From an uncultured Planctomycetia bacterium (GTDB lineage Bacteria; Planctomycetota; UBA8108), in NCBI GenBank assembly GCA_964615885.1, contig CAZTRG010000317.1, positions 233 through 64,232 of the forward strand: 64,000 nucleotides of DNA, in the 5' to 3' direction. The notes beneath the pieces were generated by a model. That model ran no database searches and was not told the DNA's origin. It saw only the letters and a list, made by a program, of their open reading frames with translations. Made by a program: the position numbers and the translations under genes. Below are positions 1-9,589 of this stretch, piece after piece; positions within the stretch are counted from its first letter, which is position 1, and each line of letters starts with the position of its first letter.

Positions 1-226
1 TCGTATAGCCGGGGCTGAGGGGTGAGGGCTCCTCGGGCGCGACGCCCCCGGTAAAGAGCCAACTGAAGATGATGATCGCTTCGGTGATCTCGATGTTGCC
101 GGAATCGTTGGTGTCGGCCGAATCAGCGCAGGCCGGTGGGGCCCCGCCTGAGAAGAGGTAGAGGAGGGGAACGACCCCATCGGTCAGGTTGATGCTGCCG
201 TCGGAGTTCGCATCGCCGCGCACGAA
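1..226 (-). repeat. Dockerin-like module copy 1 (truncated by window edge)
   Basis: FVRGDANSDGSINLTDGVVPLLYLFSGGAPPACADSADTNDSGNIEITEAIIIFSWLFTGGVAPEEPSPLSPGYT: two DxNxDGxxxxxD-type Ca-binding loop-helix repeats. Confidence 0.85.
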
Positions 227-3200
227 GGTTGTTCCACGGGGCCGTTCGCCTGTGCGGCGAACGGAGATGCCGGACATCTTCGGGTTCATGTCCTCGGCGG
301 CGGGCTCTCCGGCAGCGATGTCAGGTTCGGTGAGAGCGATGTTCAGGGCGCCATCGTCTACGGAGATGGTGTAGCGCAGGGCGCTGGCGGCCGCGTTGCC
401 GCATTCAAGCCCGGCGGGGATCCTGTCAATATCAGGGTCGCTGTCGGCATCGACACCGTTGTTGTCGCATTCGGCGAAGTTGCACGGATCAGATGAGTAG
501 AGCAACTCGGCATGCCCGACCGGGTCGTAGAGATTTTCAAAACCGAAGACCGGGTTGGGGCGCCCCTGGACGCCGAGGTCGTTGCTGAGGTCGCAATGTT
601 CAAAGCCGCCCTGTTCATTGTCCTCGAGCAGGACATGGAAAAACCGCCGCCCGGTTCCGGCTGTGCCGCTGTAGGCGTTGGCGAAATAGAGCGTGACCTC
701 GTACTCGCCATTCTCAACGGGGATCTCGTATTCCTGGTCAGCCCATCTCTCGCTATGGAAGATCCGGTCGTCATCGTTGACTCCAGGGGAGGTTCCGCGG
801 GCATCCCAGTAGCCCATGTCCGTCAGTGCGGCCTGCAGGCCGGAGTTGCTTCCATCCCGGTTCGGCAGTGGCGTAACGGTGAAGAACTCGTTGGCGGCGG
901 GGAGCAAGGCGCCCCCGCCTTCCTGGTCGGCGAGCCAGACGACCCGGTTGCCGGTGAACAGGGCACCGACCATTTCCGGGGCCGGGTTCTGGGTGGCACT
1001 GCAGGAAAGCAGGGGTCCCCCACAGTTAATGTAGAGCTCCCCCCGGCTGTCGCGCCAGAGCTCTCGCGCCCGCTCGAGAGCTGCGGAGACGGCATTCGGG
1101 GCTGCGGGGTTGCCCCTGGCGGCATCAACAAACAGGTTGTCGATCTCGGTGTGCTGGGTGCGCCCTCCCGTGCCGCCGGAAAAGCCGATGCTTGCAAGGG
1201 GAGAGAAGACGGGCACGAGGTCGGCCTCGCAGACGACCTCAGGGCCGAAGGCATCTCCCTCGGCGGTGGTTCCGTCGAGGATGACGGTGACATGCCCGCC
1301 ATCGTATTCGATCCTGACATGAACGCCGTCGGGGCAGAAGAAGTCCGGCCAGCCGGTGCCGCCGTAACTCACCGGCCTGAAATCCGGGTTGTACTGTACA
1401 TGGTTGATCTCCGAGACGACCCCGGAGGACTGGATCCCGATATGGGTAAACTTGTTGGCCGTGTTAAAGCCGGAGGGCTCGTTACAGCAATCGCCGTTGC
1501 TCCAGGTGTCGAATTCAACGGCAAAGCCGGAGCGGTCAGCCGGGAGCCCGAGATTTCCTCCCCCGAGCCCGAGCGCGCTGGTGTCGGCCCCCTCAAGGAG
1601 GAAGAAGGCCGCCCCATCAGCGGCCTCCGCACCGGGGGCCGCTGGATTGCCGCCTCCATCGGGGTTCTCAAGGAAGAGATCGAATTCCACCGCGAGCTTA
1701 TAATCGCAGACGTTGACGGTTTCTTCATAGATGGCTGTCGATGCGCCGCTTCTGACTGCGTCATCGGTGATCCGCAGGCGGCCACCCGCGGCGCCGGGCA
1801 TAAAATTGACCGAGTTGCAGACCATGCCGGGTGGGCAGTCCCCATCGATCAGTCCATCAAAGGTCTCCTCGATCAGGGTGCCGGGAGGCTCAGCCCCCGG
1901 CTCCTTCCCGATGCATTCGATCTCGCCACCGGCCGGTTCGCCGGCTGCATCGCCGATGCGCCTGAAGGCAAGAGCGTTGAGGGCAGCATTCTCCGGGGGA
2001 TTGCCTCCTCCAAGGTCATCGATGAGAACGCGCAGGACTCCGTAGTCTTCGTCACCGACCGGCGCGACATCGAGCTGAAAGACTCGCCGAACAGCCTTGT
2101 CAAGAACAGCGGCACAGGGGCTCCTGGGGTCGCCGGACCCGGCTCCGGCAGCGGCAGCGGCGCTCCAGTTACAGAGGACCTTTTCATCGTTGAGGTAGAC
2201 ATTGTAGAGCTTGGTTCCCTGGCCGAGATGGTTGACCGCGCCCAGGAAATTCTCGCTCCAGAAGAGGCTTACATCATACCTGCCGGGTTCGACGTGGGCC
2301 TGGTACTCGACACCGATGGGAGACCAGGCATCGTTGATAAAGAGGCGGGAAGAGTTGATGGCCGCCCCCTCGATACCGGAGAGGTCGATCGGCCGCAGGT
2401 TGGTGTTGGAGTAATCAGCCCCCCTGGAGATGCGCCCGAAGGAGCTGTTGGTGATCAGGAGGCCTTCTTCGAGGTCGCCTTCCCGGCTGAGCTCCGCGCC
2501 GAAAGGACGGTCGGCAAGGAAGGAGAAGCCGATCTCGTTGCTGGCGTTAACACGCCGCGATGCGCAGTTGATTCCGCCCTCGCTCCGGGGTGGCTCAGGT
2601 GCCCGGGTGACGCGTGTCGGCCCCTCGCGCACGATGAGATTGTCGATCCACTGCCAGGCGTTAGCCCCGCCGGTGGTTCCTGCAAAGCCGATGTTTGCCG
2701 GCCGCGAAGGGAGTGCCTCGGTGGAATAATCAAGCACCACGGCATCCTCGACGGGCTCTCCGCCCCTTTGCGGAAGATCGGTCCACCCGCCGCCCATCCG
2801 CACGCGCATGACTCCGCCGTCGAAGATGATCGACACGTGGATGAGATCATCAGTGTCAAAGGTCTCATCGCCTGTGTGTACATTGAGGTCGGGTGAGCCG
2901 TAGACAGCGGCGCTTGAGATGAAATCAGGCGGATCTCCAACGGCCGGGGGCGTGGCGAGGTTGGGCACCGCCTGGTTCTGGATGACCTCTACATCGCAGG
3001 TGGACTGTGCACCGTGGCGCCCTTCGCAGTGGGTTTCCCGGTCTGCTGCACCGTTGTCCCAGATGTCAAAACCCAGGGCTATGTATTCATAGCTGCCCCC
3101 GGCTCCACGAAGATTGCCGACGCCGAGATCACCACCTATATTTCCGAAGGCCTCCAGATCGCTATCGAACTGGAAGATTACCGAGGCTCCATCGGCGGGC

Positions 3201-3526
3201 ACTGCGCTTGAGCCGACCCCGATGAAGAGGTCGAACTCGATCTCAACACGTTTTTCGCTGAGGTCAAATTCCTGGGGGAACCAGGCCCAGGCGCCCTGCG
3301 ACGCCTCGGCCTGGGTCAGGGAGAGGACACGGTTGTTGCCGCTGCCGTCATCGACCACCTCGATGCGCCCATTGTTTTGCGAAACCGTCCCGAGTCCACC
3401 GGGAAGGCCGGTTTCAAAATCTTCTTCGATGACCACCTCGACATCGCCCCCGGCCACCGGGGTCGCGGTGACAGAAAGGTTGGCCAGGGAGGCGAGGAAG
3501 ACGAGTGCCCGGTATCCAGGGGTCAT
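1..3526 (-). CDS. Large secreted multi-lectin protein (2x L-type/ConA-like lectin + malectin-like domains) with C-terminal dockerin-like domain; 3' end runs off the window
   Basis: Absent from the ORF track because there is no stop in the window; translated by hand. ATG at 3526 after GGAG. Signal peptide MTPGYRALVFLASLANLSVTATPVAG. L-lectin motifs twice (PADGASVIF..GFDIWDN..IGFAGTTGG; ADGAAFFL..AVEFDTW..IGFSGGTGG). Malectin-like INCG..YEIPVENGEYEVTLYFAN. Ends FVRGDANSDGSINLTDG..FSWLFTGG. The + ORF 512-2896 is its antisense shadow. Confidence 0.88.
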   Translation of the reverse strand, partial: MTPGYRALVFLASLANLSVTATPVAGGDVEVVIEEDFETGLPGGLGTVSQNNGRIEVVDDGSGNNRVLSLTQAEASQGAWAWFPQEFDLSEKRVEIEFDLFIGVGSSAVPADGASVIFQFDSDLEAFGNIGGDLGVGNLRGAGGSYEYIALGFDIWDNGAADRETHCEGRHGAQSTCDVEVIQNQAVPNLATPPAVGDPPDFISSAAVYGSPDLNVHTGDETFDTDDLIHVSIIFDGGVMRVRMGGGWTDLPQRGGEPVEDAVVLDYSTEALPSRPANIGFAGTTGGANAWQWIDNLIVREGPTRVTRAPEPPRSEGGINCASRRVNASNEIGFSFLADRPFGAELSREGDLEEGLLITNSSFGRISRGADYSNTNLRPIDLSGIEGAAINSSRLFINDAWSPIGVEYQAHVEPGRYDVSLFWSENFLGAVNHLGQGTKLYNVYLNDEKVLCNWSAAAAAGAGSGDPRSPCAAVLDKAVRRVFQLDVAPVGDEDYGVLRVLIDDLGGGNPPENAALNALAFRRIGDAAGEPAGGEIECIGKEPGAEPPGTLIEETFDGLIDGDCPPGMVCNSVNFMPGAAGGRLRITDDAVRSGASTAIYEETVNVCDYKLAVEFDLFLENPDGGGNPAAPGAEAADGAAFFLLEGADTSALGLGGGNLGLPADRSGFAVEFDTWSNGDCCNEPSGFNTANKFTHIGIQSSGVVSEINHVQYNPDFRPVSYGGTGWPDFFCPDGVHVRIEYDGGHVTVILDGTTAEGDAFGPEVVCEADLVPVFSPLASIGFSGGTGGRTQHTEIDNLFVDAARGNPAAPNAVSAALERARELWRDSRGELYINCGGPLLSCSATQNPAPEMVGALFTGNRVVWLADQEGGGALLPAANEFFTVTPLPNRDGSNSGLQAALTDMGYWDARGTSPGVNDDDRIFHSERWADQEYEIPVENGEYEVTLYFANAYSGTAGTGRRFFHVLLEDNEQGGFEHCDLSNDLGVQGRPNPVFGFENLYDPVGHAELLYSSDPCNFAECDNNGVDADSDPDIDRIPAGLECGNAAASALRYTISVDDGALNIALTEPDIAAGEPAAEDMNPKMSGISVRRTGERPRGTTFVRGDANSDGSINLTDGVVPLLYLFSGGAPPACADSADTNDSGNIEITEAIIIFSWLFTGGVAPEEPSPLSPGYT

Positions 3527-3590
3527 TTGATCTCCGAAGGTTGTGTAAAGCTGGATCGAGGCCGGGGCGGGGAGGTCCGCCTCCGGGTAC

Positions 3591-3641
3591 AAAAAGCCGG
3601 GGCCGGCTCCTTCTTCCCGGGAGAAGAAAGGAGCCGGCCCC
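3591..3641 (-). terminator. Rho-independent terminator downstream of the 3682-7239 gene
   Basis: Inverted repeat GGGGCCGGCTCC(T)..(A)GGAGCCGGCCCC at 3599-3641 followed on the minus strand by a T5 run (AAAAA at 3591-3595). Confidence 0.7.
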
Positions 3642-3681
3642 AACCACAGGGCGGCGGCGTTTCAGCCGTGCCTCTGCCCGG

Positions 3682-3978
3682 TCAGGGGCATACAGGCGCC
3701 GGGGTCTCGCAGCCGAGCCCATCCTCAGTGGCGTCCTCTCCACATTCCGCGGCTGTGTAGCCAGGACTTAGGGGAGAGGGTTCTGCCGGCGGCGCGCCAC
3801 CGGTAAAGAGCCAGCTGAAGATAATGATCGCGTCGGTAATCTCGACGCTGCCGGTGTCGTTGGTGTCCGCAGCATCTTCGCAGGCCGGGGCTGCCCCGCC
3901 GGAGAAGAGGAACAGCAGCGGAATGACACCATCGGTCAGGTTGATGCTGCCGTCAGAGTTCGCGTCACCGCGCACAAA
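3682..3978 (-). repeat. Dockerin-like module copy 2
   Basis: FVRGDANSDGSINLTDGVIPLLFLFSGGAAPACEDAADTNDTGSVEITDAIIIFSWLFTGGAPPAEPSP..CGEDATEDGLGC. Confidence 0.87.
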
Positions 3979-6900
3979 GGTCGTTCCCGCGGGCGCCTGG
4001 CAATTGCCGGCGTCAGCACAGTCGCCATCGTCGCAGTCGGCGCTGCCATCGCCATCGTCATCGATGCCGTTGTCACAGATCTCGGCGGGCGGTGGCGGTG
4101 GCGGTTCATCGGATATGCAGGCGTCCGGATCGGGCGAGAAGCACAGGCGGAAGCCCTCGGTGATCGGCTCGCCGGTGAAGGGGTCCTGGAGGCGCAGGTG
4201 GAACCCGTGTCCACCACCACCCTCGAAGACCTTCACCATGATCATGTGCATGCCGGCTTCGAGTGGGGCAAGCTGGGGGTATACTGCGCTTGAGATGATG
4301 TCCTGGACATCGTTGACGCCACCCCAGCCGCGGCCAACGCTGTTGATATGGATCTCCTCCTGGTTGAGCAGTACCTGGACGGCATCGTCACTGGAGACGC
4401 CGATGTCGACATCCATGTCGTCCTCCATGTAGAGGTAGATCACGGCGTACATCACATTGTTGTTGAGGTCGCCACCATAGTACTGGTTGAAATCAACCAT
4501 GCTGTCGCTGTCCACCCAGGGGTACCAGGTGGGAAGCCCATCAGGGTTGATCACATCGGCGGCCGCACCAATTCCTGCCAGCAGCGAGGAGCTTGAGGCA
4601 ACGGCAAAGTCGGTGTCGACTATGTCGCCCGGCTCAGGCAGCGCGGTCAGCTCGGTGATGTCGCCGCCGTCGGTCATCAGGTCCGACCGGACGTTTGGCT
4701 CTGATGGCGCAGCGCCGAATCCGAAGACAGGCGTCTGGTAGGGGCCCAGCAGCAGCCATTTGCGGAAGAATCCCGAGGGCGTCGCATCGGTCGGGCTCAC
4801 AAGCCGTCCGTCGCCGATAACGGCGAATTCAAGGTCCGAACCAGCCTCAGCGATCTTGCCCGCAAACTGGGCGTTACCGTCTGCTGCGTCAGCGCGGACG
4901 CTGTAGGAGAGGTTGCCGTCAACGAGGGAGTCGCCTTCGAGTACCCAGCTTATTGTGTTCCCGTCAACAGAGCCGTCTCCGGAGACGTTGCTGATGACCC
5001 AGCCTTCGGGAACTCTTTCGGTAAGAGTTACACTCTCAGGAGCCGGGCAATCGCCTTCTTCGCGGATATTAGCAACCCTCAGTGAAATGTCGTAGGTTCC
5101 ACCGGCGACATAGGAAGGGAATGATTCAAGCTGGATCGCAATCCTTGCATCGCTGTCAATCGACCGGGCGACTACCAGGGGAGGCGTGGGGCAGATCCCC
5201 GGGGGGTACTTGGAGACTTCAAGCCCATCGGTAATGGGCTCTCCGAATTCATTCTGGAAGCGGAAGGCGACATTGAAGTCACCACCGCCCTCGAAGGTTT
5301 TGATCAGGACGCTGTTGAGCCCTGGCTCAATGATAATAGTGTCGAGGAAATTGATGTTGTCGGGAGCAACATCCTGCGGGGCGCAGGCATCAGAGCCTCC
5401 ACGGGGGATGCTGTTGATCCAGACCTCCTGGCCGTTGATCATGACCTGTACGGAGTCATCGCTGGAGACACCGATATAGGCCTCGATGTCGTCCCCGGTG
5501 GTGTTGTCAACGTAGCACTGGGTGTAGGCCATGACATTGTCAGGGTTGCCACCGTAGAACACGTTGAGGTCGATTCTTCCATCCGGATTGTTCCAGCCGT
5601 AAACCGTCGGCACGCCATCGGCGTTCCGGTTGTTCGGATCACCGAAGAGGCCGCTACTGGGGGATGCGCCGTTGTAATCGGTTGCGATCTGCGCGCCGGG
5701 GAAAAAGACGAAATTGGTTTCGGAGGTCTGGCCGTCGGTGAGGTAATCCTGGCGCATCGCCTCGTTACCGGGAGCCGCGCCTCCGGCTTGCTCGAAGGCG
5801 CCAAGGACGTTCCAGCAGGTGATCCCTCCGCAGAGATCGAAGCCGGCGTTGTAGCGCATGGTCGTCTCGCCGGCGATGTTGGTTGCGGTCATTTCAAAGT
5901 CGGCGCCTTCGCCGCCTTGTACGCGCCCGCGGAAGTTTTCCGCGGAATTGCCGTTGTCGACGGCCTCGCACATATAGCTCAGGGTTTTGCCGACCACGGC
6001 ATCTTCGCCTTCAAGAACCCAGGTGATCGTTCCGGTTTCGCGATCGATGGTGCCGCCATCGGAAATGTCAAAGCCATCCCAGCTCTCCGGGAGGATCTCC
6101 TTGATGACGAGTCTCTCGGCCGCGGTGCACTGGACATTGCCAAGCCCATCGTTGACGGTTCCGCGAACCTGGAGAACGGTCAGCTCGACAGGGAACTGGT
6201 CGCCGTCCTCAAAGTCGCCGCAATCGGACTCCGGCGTACGGAAGGGCTGGAGGTCGCGCTCGGCGAGTCCCGCCGGCTGCAGGCAGAAGCCCTCAGGAAG
6301 ATTAGAGAGCTTGGCATGGTGCAGCAGGTGGTTCTGGTTCGCACCGCCGGTGGAGGCGGTAACGCCGAGGTAGCCCTCGAAGCCACCCTCGGGGAAATCG
6401 GGAATCGTGTAGGTGTACATTCTCCCGAGGTTGTCGTTGAGGTCCGGCTGGTCAAGGGACTCGAGGTCGCAGGCGACGGTTGAGCCCTGGATGTAGACGG
6501 TCATCTTGAAACGGTTGGGAGTTGCCGGGGCGACCTCGCGGTTGTGGAGGCGCGGCTCCGGGAAGGGGCTGAAGGTTTCTTCGACGACATCGATGGCGTC
6601 GCCGCAGTTGATCCCGTTGCGGGCCCAGGCAAAGGCCACGTGGTTGTCGTCGTTCTGGTCGTCAAAGTTGCAGGACCAGTCATCAAATTCGAAGATCATT
6701 GTCGGCCCGGCGCCCATGCCGGTCGCGGCCATTCCGCCACCGCCGCAACCCGGTGCCAGTGGGGGCTGATCGGTGCCGAGGATGACCACGGTCATGCCAT
6801 CTGCGGGCTGGCCGAGAGAGCCATCGCGCAGCTCGACGGTGATCTCCATCTTGATATTATCGTAGAGTGCCCGCTCGGTACGGAAAACCGCGCCGGCGCT

Positions 6901-7239
6901 GGTGTTCTGCATGGGCGTGACGAGCATATAGCCGCCAAACTCTTCGAGGTCCATCTCCAGGGAGTCCTCGATGATTTCCTCGCTGTAGAGCGTGCAGGGG
7001 TTCTCGGGCGTGAACAGGGCAGGGTCTACCCAGCCATTCAGTTCGCAATAGGGGCTTTCGGGTGGGACCCAGCCACCGAGGGATCCGGCCGAAAGTACGA
7101 TCCAGTCATTGAGGAGGGGATCTTCGGAGAAATTATCCTCGAAAATCACCAGCGCTTCGTCATCCCCGGCGATGGCCGGGTTGTGCGCAAGAAAGAAACA
7201 CGAGGCTGTCAGCAGCCACATTGACAGGAACAATCTCAT
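3682..7239 (-). CDS. Secreted protein: L-type lectin-like domain, 2x (Ig-like + PA14-like), Cys/Asp metal-binding motif, C-terminal dockerin-like domain
   Basis: 1185 aa. Signal peptide. ADGMTVV..FEFDDW..GVTASTGG lectin motifs. Duplicated IGVSSDD(S/A)VQV..(L/V)(I/V)K..EGGG PA14-like units. PPPPPP linker. EICDNGIDDDGDGSADCDDGDC motif. FVRGDANSDG dockerin. Confidence 0.88.
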   Translation of the reverse strand: MRLFLSMWLLTASCFFLAHNPAIAGDDEALVIFEDNFSEDPLLNDWIVLSAGSLGGWVPPESPYCELNGWVDPALFTPENPCTLYSEEIIEDSLEMDLEEFGGYMLVTPMQNTSAGAVFRTERALYDNIKMEITVELRDGSLGQPADGMTVVILGTDQPPLAPGCGGGGMAATGMGAGPTMIFEFDDWSCNFDDQNDDNHVAFAWARNGINCGDAIDVVEETFSPFPEPRLHNREVAPATPNRFKMTVYIQGSTVACDLESLDQPDLNDNLGRMYTYTIPDFPEGGFEGYLGVTASTGGANQNHLLHHAKLSNLPEGFCLQPAGLAERDLQPFRTPESDCGDFEDGDQFPVELTVLQVRGTVNDGLGNVQCTAAERLVIKEILPESWDGFDISDGGTIDRETGTITWVLEGEDAVVGKTLSYMCEAVDNGNSAENFRGRVQGGEGADFEMTATNIAGETTMRYNAGFDLCGGITCWNVLGAFEQAGGAAPGNEAMRQDYLTDGQTSETNFVFFPGAQIATDYNGASPSSGLFGDPNNRNADGVPTVYGWNNPDGRIDLNVFYGGNPDNVMAYTQCYVDNTTGDDIEAYIGVSSDDSVQVMINGQEVWINSIPRGGSDACAPQDVAPDNINFLDTIIIEPGLNSVLIKTFEGGGDFNVAFRFQNEFGEPITDGLEVSKYPPGICPTPPLVVARSIDSDARIAIQLESFPSYVAGGTYDISLRVANIREEGDCPAPESVTLTERVPEGWVISNVSGDGSVDGNTISWVLEGDSLVDGNLSYSVRADAADGNAQFAGKIAEAGSDLEFAVIGDGRLVSPTDATPSGFFRKWLLLGPYQTPVFGFGAAPSEPNVRSDLMTDGGDITELTALPEPGDIVDTDFAVASSSSLLAGIGAAADVINPDGLPTWYPWVDSDSMVDFNQYYGGDLNNNVMYAVIYLYMEDDMDVDIGVSSDDAVQVLLNQEEIHINSVGRGWGGVNDVQDIISSAVYPQLAPLEAGMHMIMVKVFEGGGGHGFHLRLQDPFTGEPITEGFRLCFSPDPDACISDEPPPPPPAEICDNGIDDDGDGSADCDDGDCADAGNCQAPAGTTFVRGDANSDGSINLTDGVIPLLFLFSGGAAPACEDAADTNDTGSVEITDAIIIFSWLFTGGAPPAEPSPLSPGYTAAECGEDATEDGLGCETPAPVCP

Positions 7240-7524
7240 AACAAGTCCTCCAACCTGGTTTCCCCGAACGTTGTTTCACTGGAAGGAAACAACGCACGAT
7301 GAAATTAATATAACGACAAAAAGGGCGAGGGCCTGAAAATCAACAGGCAACTCAGCGCCGTTAAGTCATAAACTTTATTTATCAGAGAAAAAAAGACCCT
7401 TAGGCCCATAGAACAAGGCCCAAACCTATCCACCTAATATCTAATAGTACGGGGCAAGACTCCAGCTAAAATTCAGTGATTAAATCGAGCCTGTCGGCAT
7501 CATGCGTGGGCTGAAGGTGAGGGT

Positions 7525-9495
7525 GTGAACAGGAAAACAACAGATCAAAAGGTGAAGGCTGCCGGGCTCCTTCTGTCAGTGGGTGTGCTGCTGCTGGGGA
7601 TGCTGGAAAGCGGCTGCCGCCCAGCGGGCAAGCCGCCTCTTGCGGTGCCGGTGGAGGAACTTGCAGAGGCGGAGAAGCTCGCCCGGTCCGGGCGTCCCCG
7701 GGGGGCCGCCGAGCTTCTCGAAAAGCTCACCCGCGATTCTGCCGGGGGCAAGAGTGGCGAACTTTCTGCAAAGATTGCCGGATATTACCTCGCCTCAGGG
7801 GCCAGCCGTAGTGCTCTTCGCTGGTCTGAGAAGGCCCTGGCCCTCGCTCCCCGCGACCCGGGCGCGCTCTATGTAAAAGCAGAGGCCTGCCGCCGCCTTC
7901 GGGAGATGGAAAAAGCCGACCAGCTCCTGCAGGAGGTTTTGAGGATTTCCCCGGGCCATCCGCAGGCCAGCCTTTCCATGGCGCGCCTGAAATTCCGGGT
8001 GTCTGCTCCCGCTGATGCGCTGCCGTTCTTCGAGACTTATTTTTCCGGCGCCGGTAGGGATGAGCCGGAAGAAGCCCATGCTACGGCAAGGCTGGAATAC
8101 GGCCGGGCTCTTCGAGCCGCAGGAGAGCACCAGGCGGCCGCCGATGAATTTGCCCGGCTGCTGGAGAGCGAACCCAGTCGCAGCGAGTATTACTCGGAGC
8201 TTTCGGCAACGCTGTACAGGATGCGCCTGCGCAAGGAGGCTCGGTTCCTGGAGGGGATCTACAGGTCACTTTCCCAGGGGAGCTTCGAAGAATACGGGGT
8301 GGCAAAGATGAGGGCGGAAGGGCGCGAAGCCCAGGCGCTTGCCCAGCTGGGGGTTAACAGGCAGCGCCAGCGCAGGTACCTCGATGCCTTCCGGGCCTAT
8401 CAGGCAGCGCTTGAAGCGAATGCCGGCGACGCGAGGATCCCGGTCCTGTATGCCCGTTATTGCCTGGGCCTGCGCCGGATTGAAGAAGGCACCAGGGTGC
8501 TTGCCGCAGCCTTGGCGGCCGGCTGCGAGCCCCGGGCCAGCCTCTGGTGGGAAAAGGGGCGGCTTGAGGTGGAGGGAGCCAACTGGCAGGCAGCGGTTGA
8601 TGCCTTTCAGTCGGTTCTTGAGGTGTCTCCGGTGGGGGGCTCCTCCGGCGGGGACCCTGCGGCCTTTTCGGCCTGTCTCGGCCTGGCGCGCAGCCTGCTT
8701 GAGCTGGGGAAACACGCCCCGGCAGCGGCTGCGATTGAGAGGGCCAGGCAGCTTTCTCCGATGGCCTGGGAGCCGCCGTATTGGGAGGGCAGGAGCCTTC
8801 TTTTAAAGGGAGAGCCGGCCGCGTCCCTCCTGGCTTTCGACAGGGCCCTGCGATTGTGCCGGGAGGGTAAAACGGAGCCCCCGGGCGACCTGGCGGCCTG
8901 GCGGGCGGTAGCGATCGGGCGCTCCGGCGACAAGAAGGCGGCGCTTGAGATCCTCCTTGCCCGGCTTGAGAAAGCACCCGGCATGCTGGAGCTCTATCCC
9001 GAGGTGATCGAGTTTAGCGAGGGGGCTGCCGCTAAGACTGAGTGGGCCACCAGGCGCTTTGCCGAGATGGCGGCGAACCAGGAGAAGATTGACCAGCTCG
9101 AGGCGGGACTCAGCGAGCGCCCCCTTGAAGAGAGCTCCGGGCTTTACATTGAGCTCGCACGGGCCTATTCGATATTCCGCCGGCCGGAGGCCTATGAGAG
9201 CCTTTTTCTCGCAAGCGAGCTGGACCCCTCCAATGCGGGAGCCTTGAAGGACCTGCTGAAGATCAGGAAGAAGCAACAGGAGGTCTTCTTCCGGCTTCGG
9301 CTGCTGCGCCGGCTCCTGGCAGTCGAGCCATCGAGCGAGGCAGCACTCTATGGCATAGCGGAAATTTTCGTAAAGCTTCATGTCCGCACGAAGGAGGCCC
9401 GGGAGCTGGTGGCCGAGGGCCTGCGCCGGCATCCGGCCAGCGAGAGGCTCAAGGTTTTACAGGAACAACTGGCTGCACGCCCTGGAGGGGGCTGA
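7525..9495 (+). CDS. Tetratricopeptide repeat protein, probable lipoprotein
   Basis: 656 aa. Hydrophobic N-terminus ending in ESGC. Many TPR-like units (ALALAPRDPGALY, VLRISPGHPQA, ASELDPSNAGAL). Confidence 0.8.
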   Translation: MNRKTTDQKVKAAGLLLSVGVLLLGMLESGCRPAGKPPLAVPVEELAEAEKLARSGRPRGAAELLEKLTRDSAGGKSGELSAKIAGYYLASGASRSALRWSEKALALAPRDPGALYVKAEACRRLREMEKADQLLQEVLRISPGHPQASLSMARLKFRVSAPADALPFFETYFSGAGRDEPEEAHATARLEYGRALRAAGEHQAAADEFARLLESEPSRSEYYSELSATLYRMRLRKEARFLEGIYRSLSQGSFEEYGVAKMRAEGREAQALAQLGVNRQRQRRYLDAFRAYQAALEANAGDARIPVLYARYCLGLRRIEEGTRVLAAALAAGCEPRASLWWEKGRLEVEGANWQAAVDAFQSVLEVSPVGGSSGGDPAAFSACLGLARSLLELGKHAPAAAAIERARQLSPMAWEPPYWEGRSLLLKGEPAASLLAFDRALRLCREGKTEPPGDLAAWRAVAIGRSGDKKAALEILLARLEKAPGMLELYPEVIEFSEGAAAKTEWATRRFAEMAANQEKIDQLEAGLSERPLEESSGLYIELARAYSIFRRPEAYESLFLASELDPSNAGALKDLLKIRKKQQEVFFRLRLLRRLLAVEPSSEAALYGIAEIFVKLHVRTKEARELVAEGLRRHPASERLKVLQEQLAARPGGG

Positions 9496-9589
9496 GGCGG
9501 TAAATGGGCCGGCCTGCAGGAGGCCGGAACCCGAAACCATATAAGTTGCTTGCAGCCTTAAAGAGCCGTGCAATGATGTTGGCTTGACC

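Noticed and set aside
512-2896. 794-aa plus-strand ORF
   Set aside because: Codon-aligned antisense shadow of the minus-strand lectin-dockerin gene (<1-3526); no recognisable motifs.
7494-7511. Sigma54-like element upstream of the TPR gene
   Set aside because: The -12 element is a poor match and it sits too close to the start codon.
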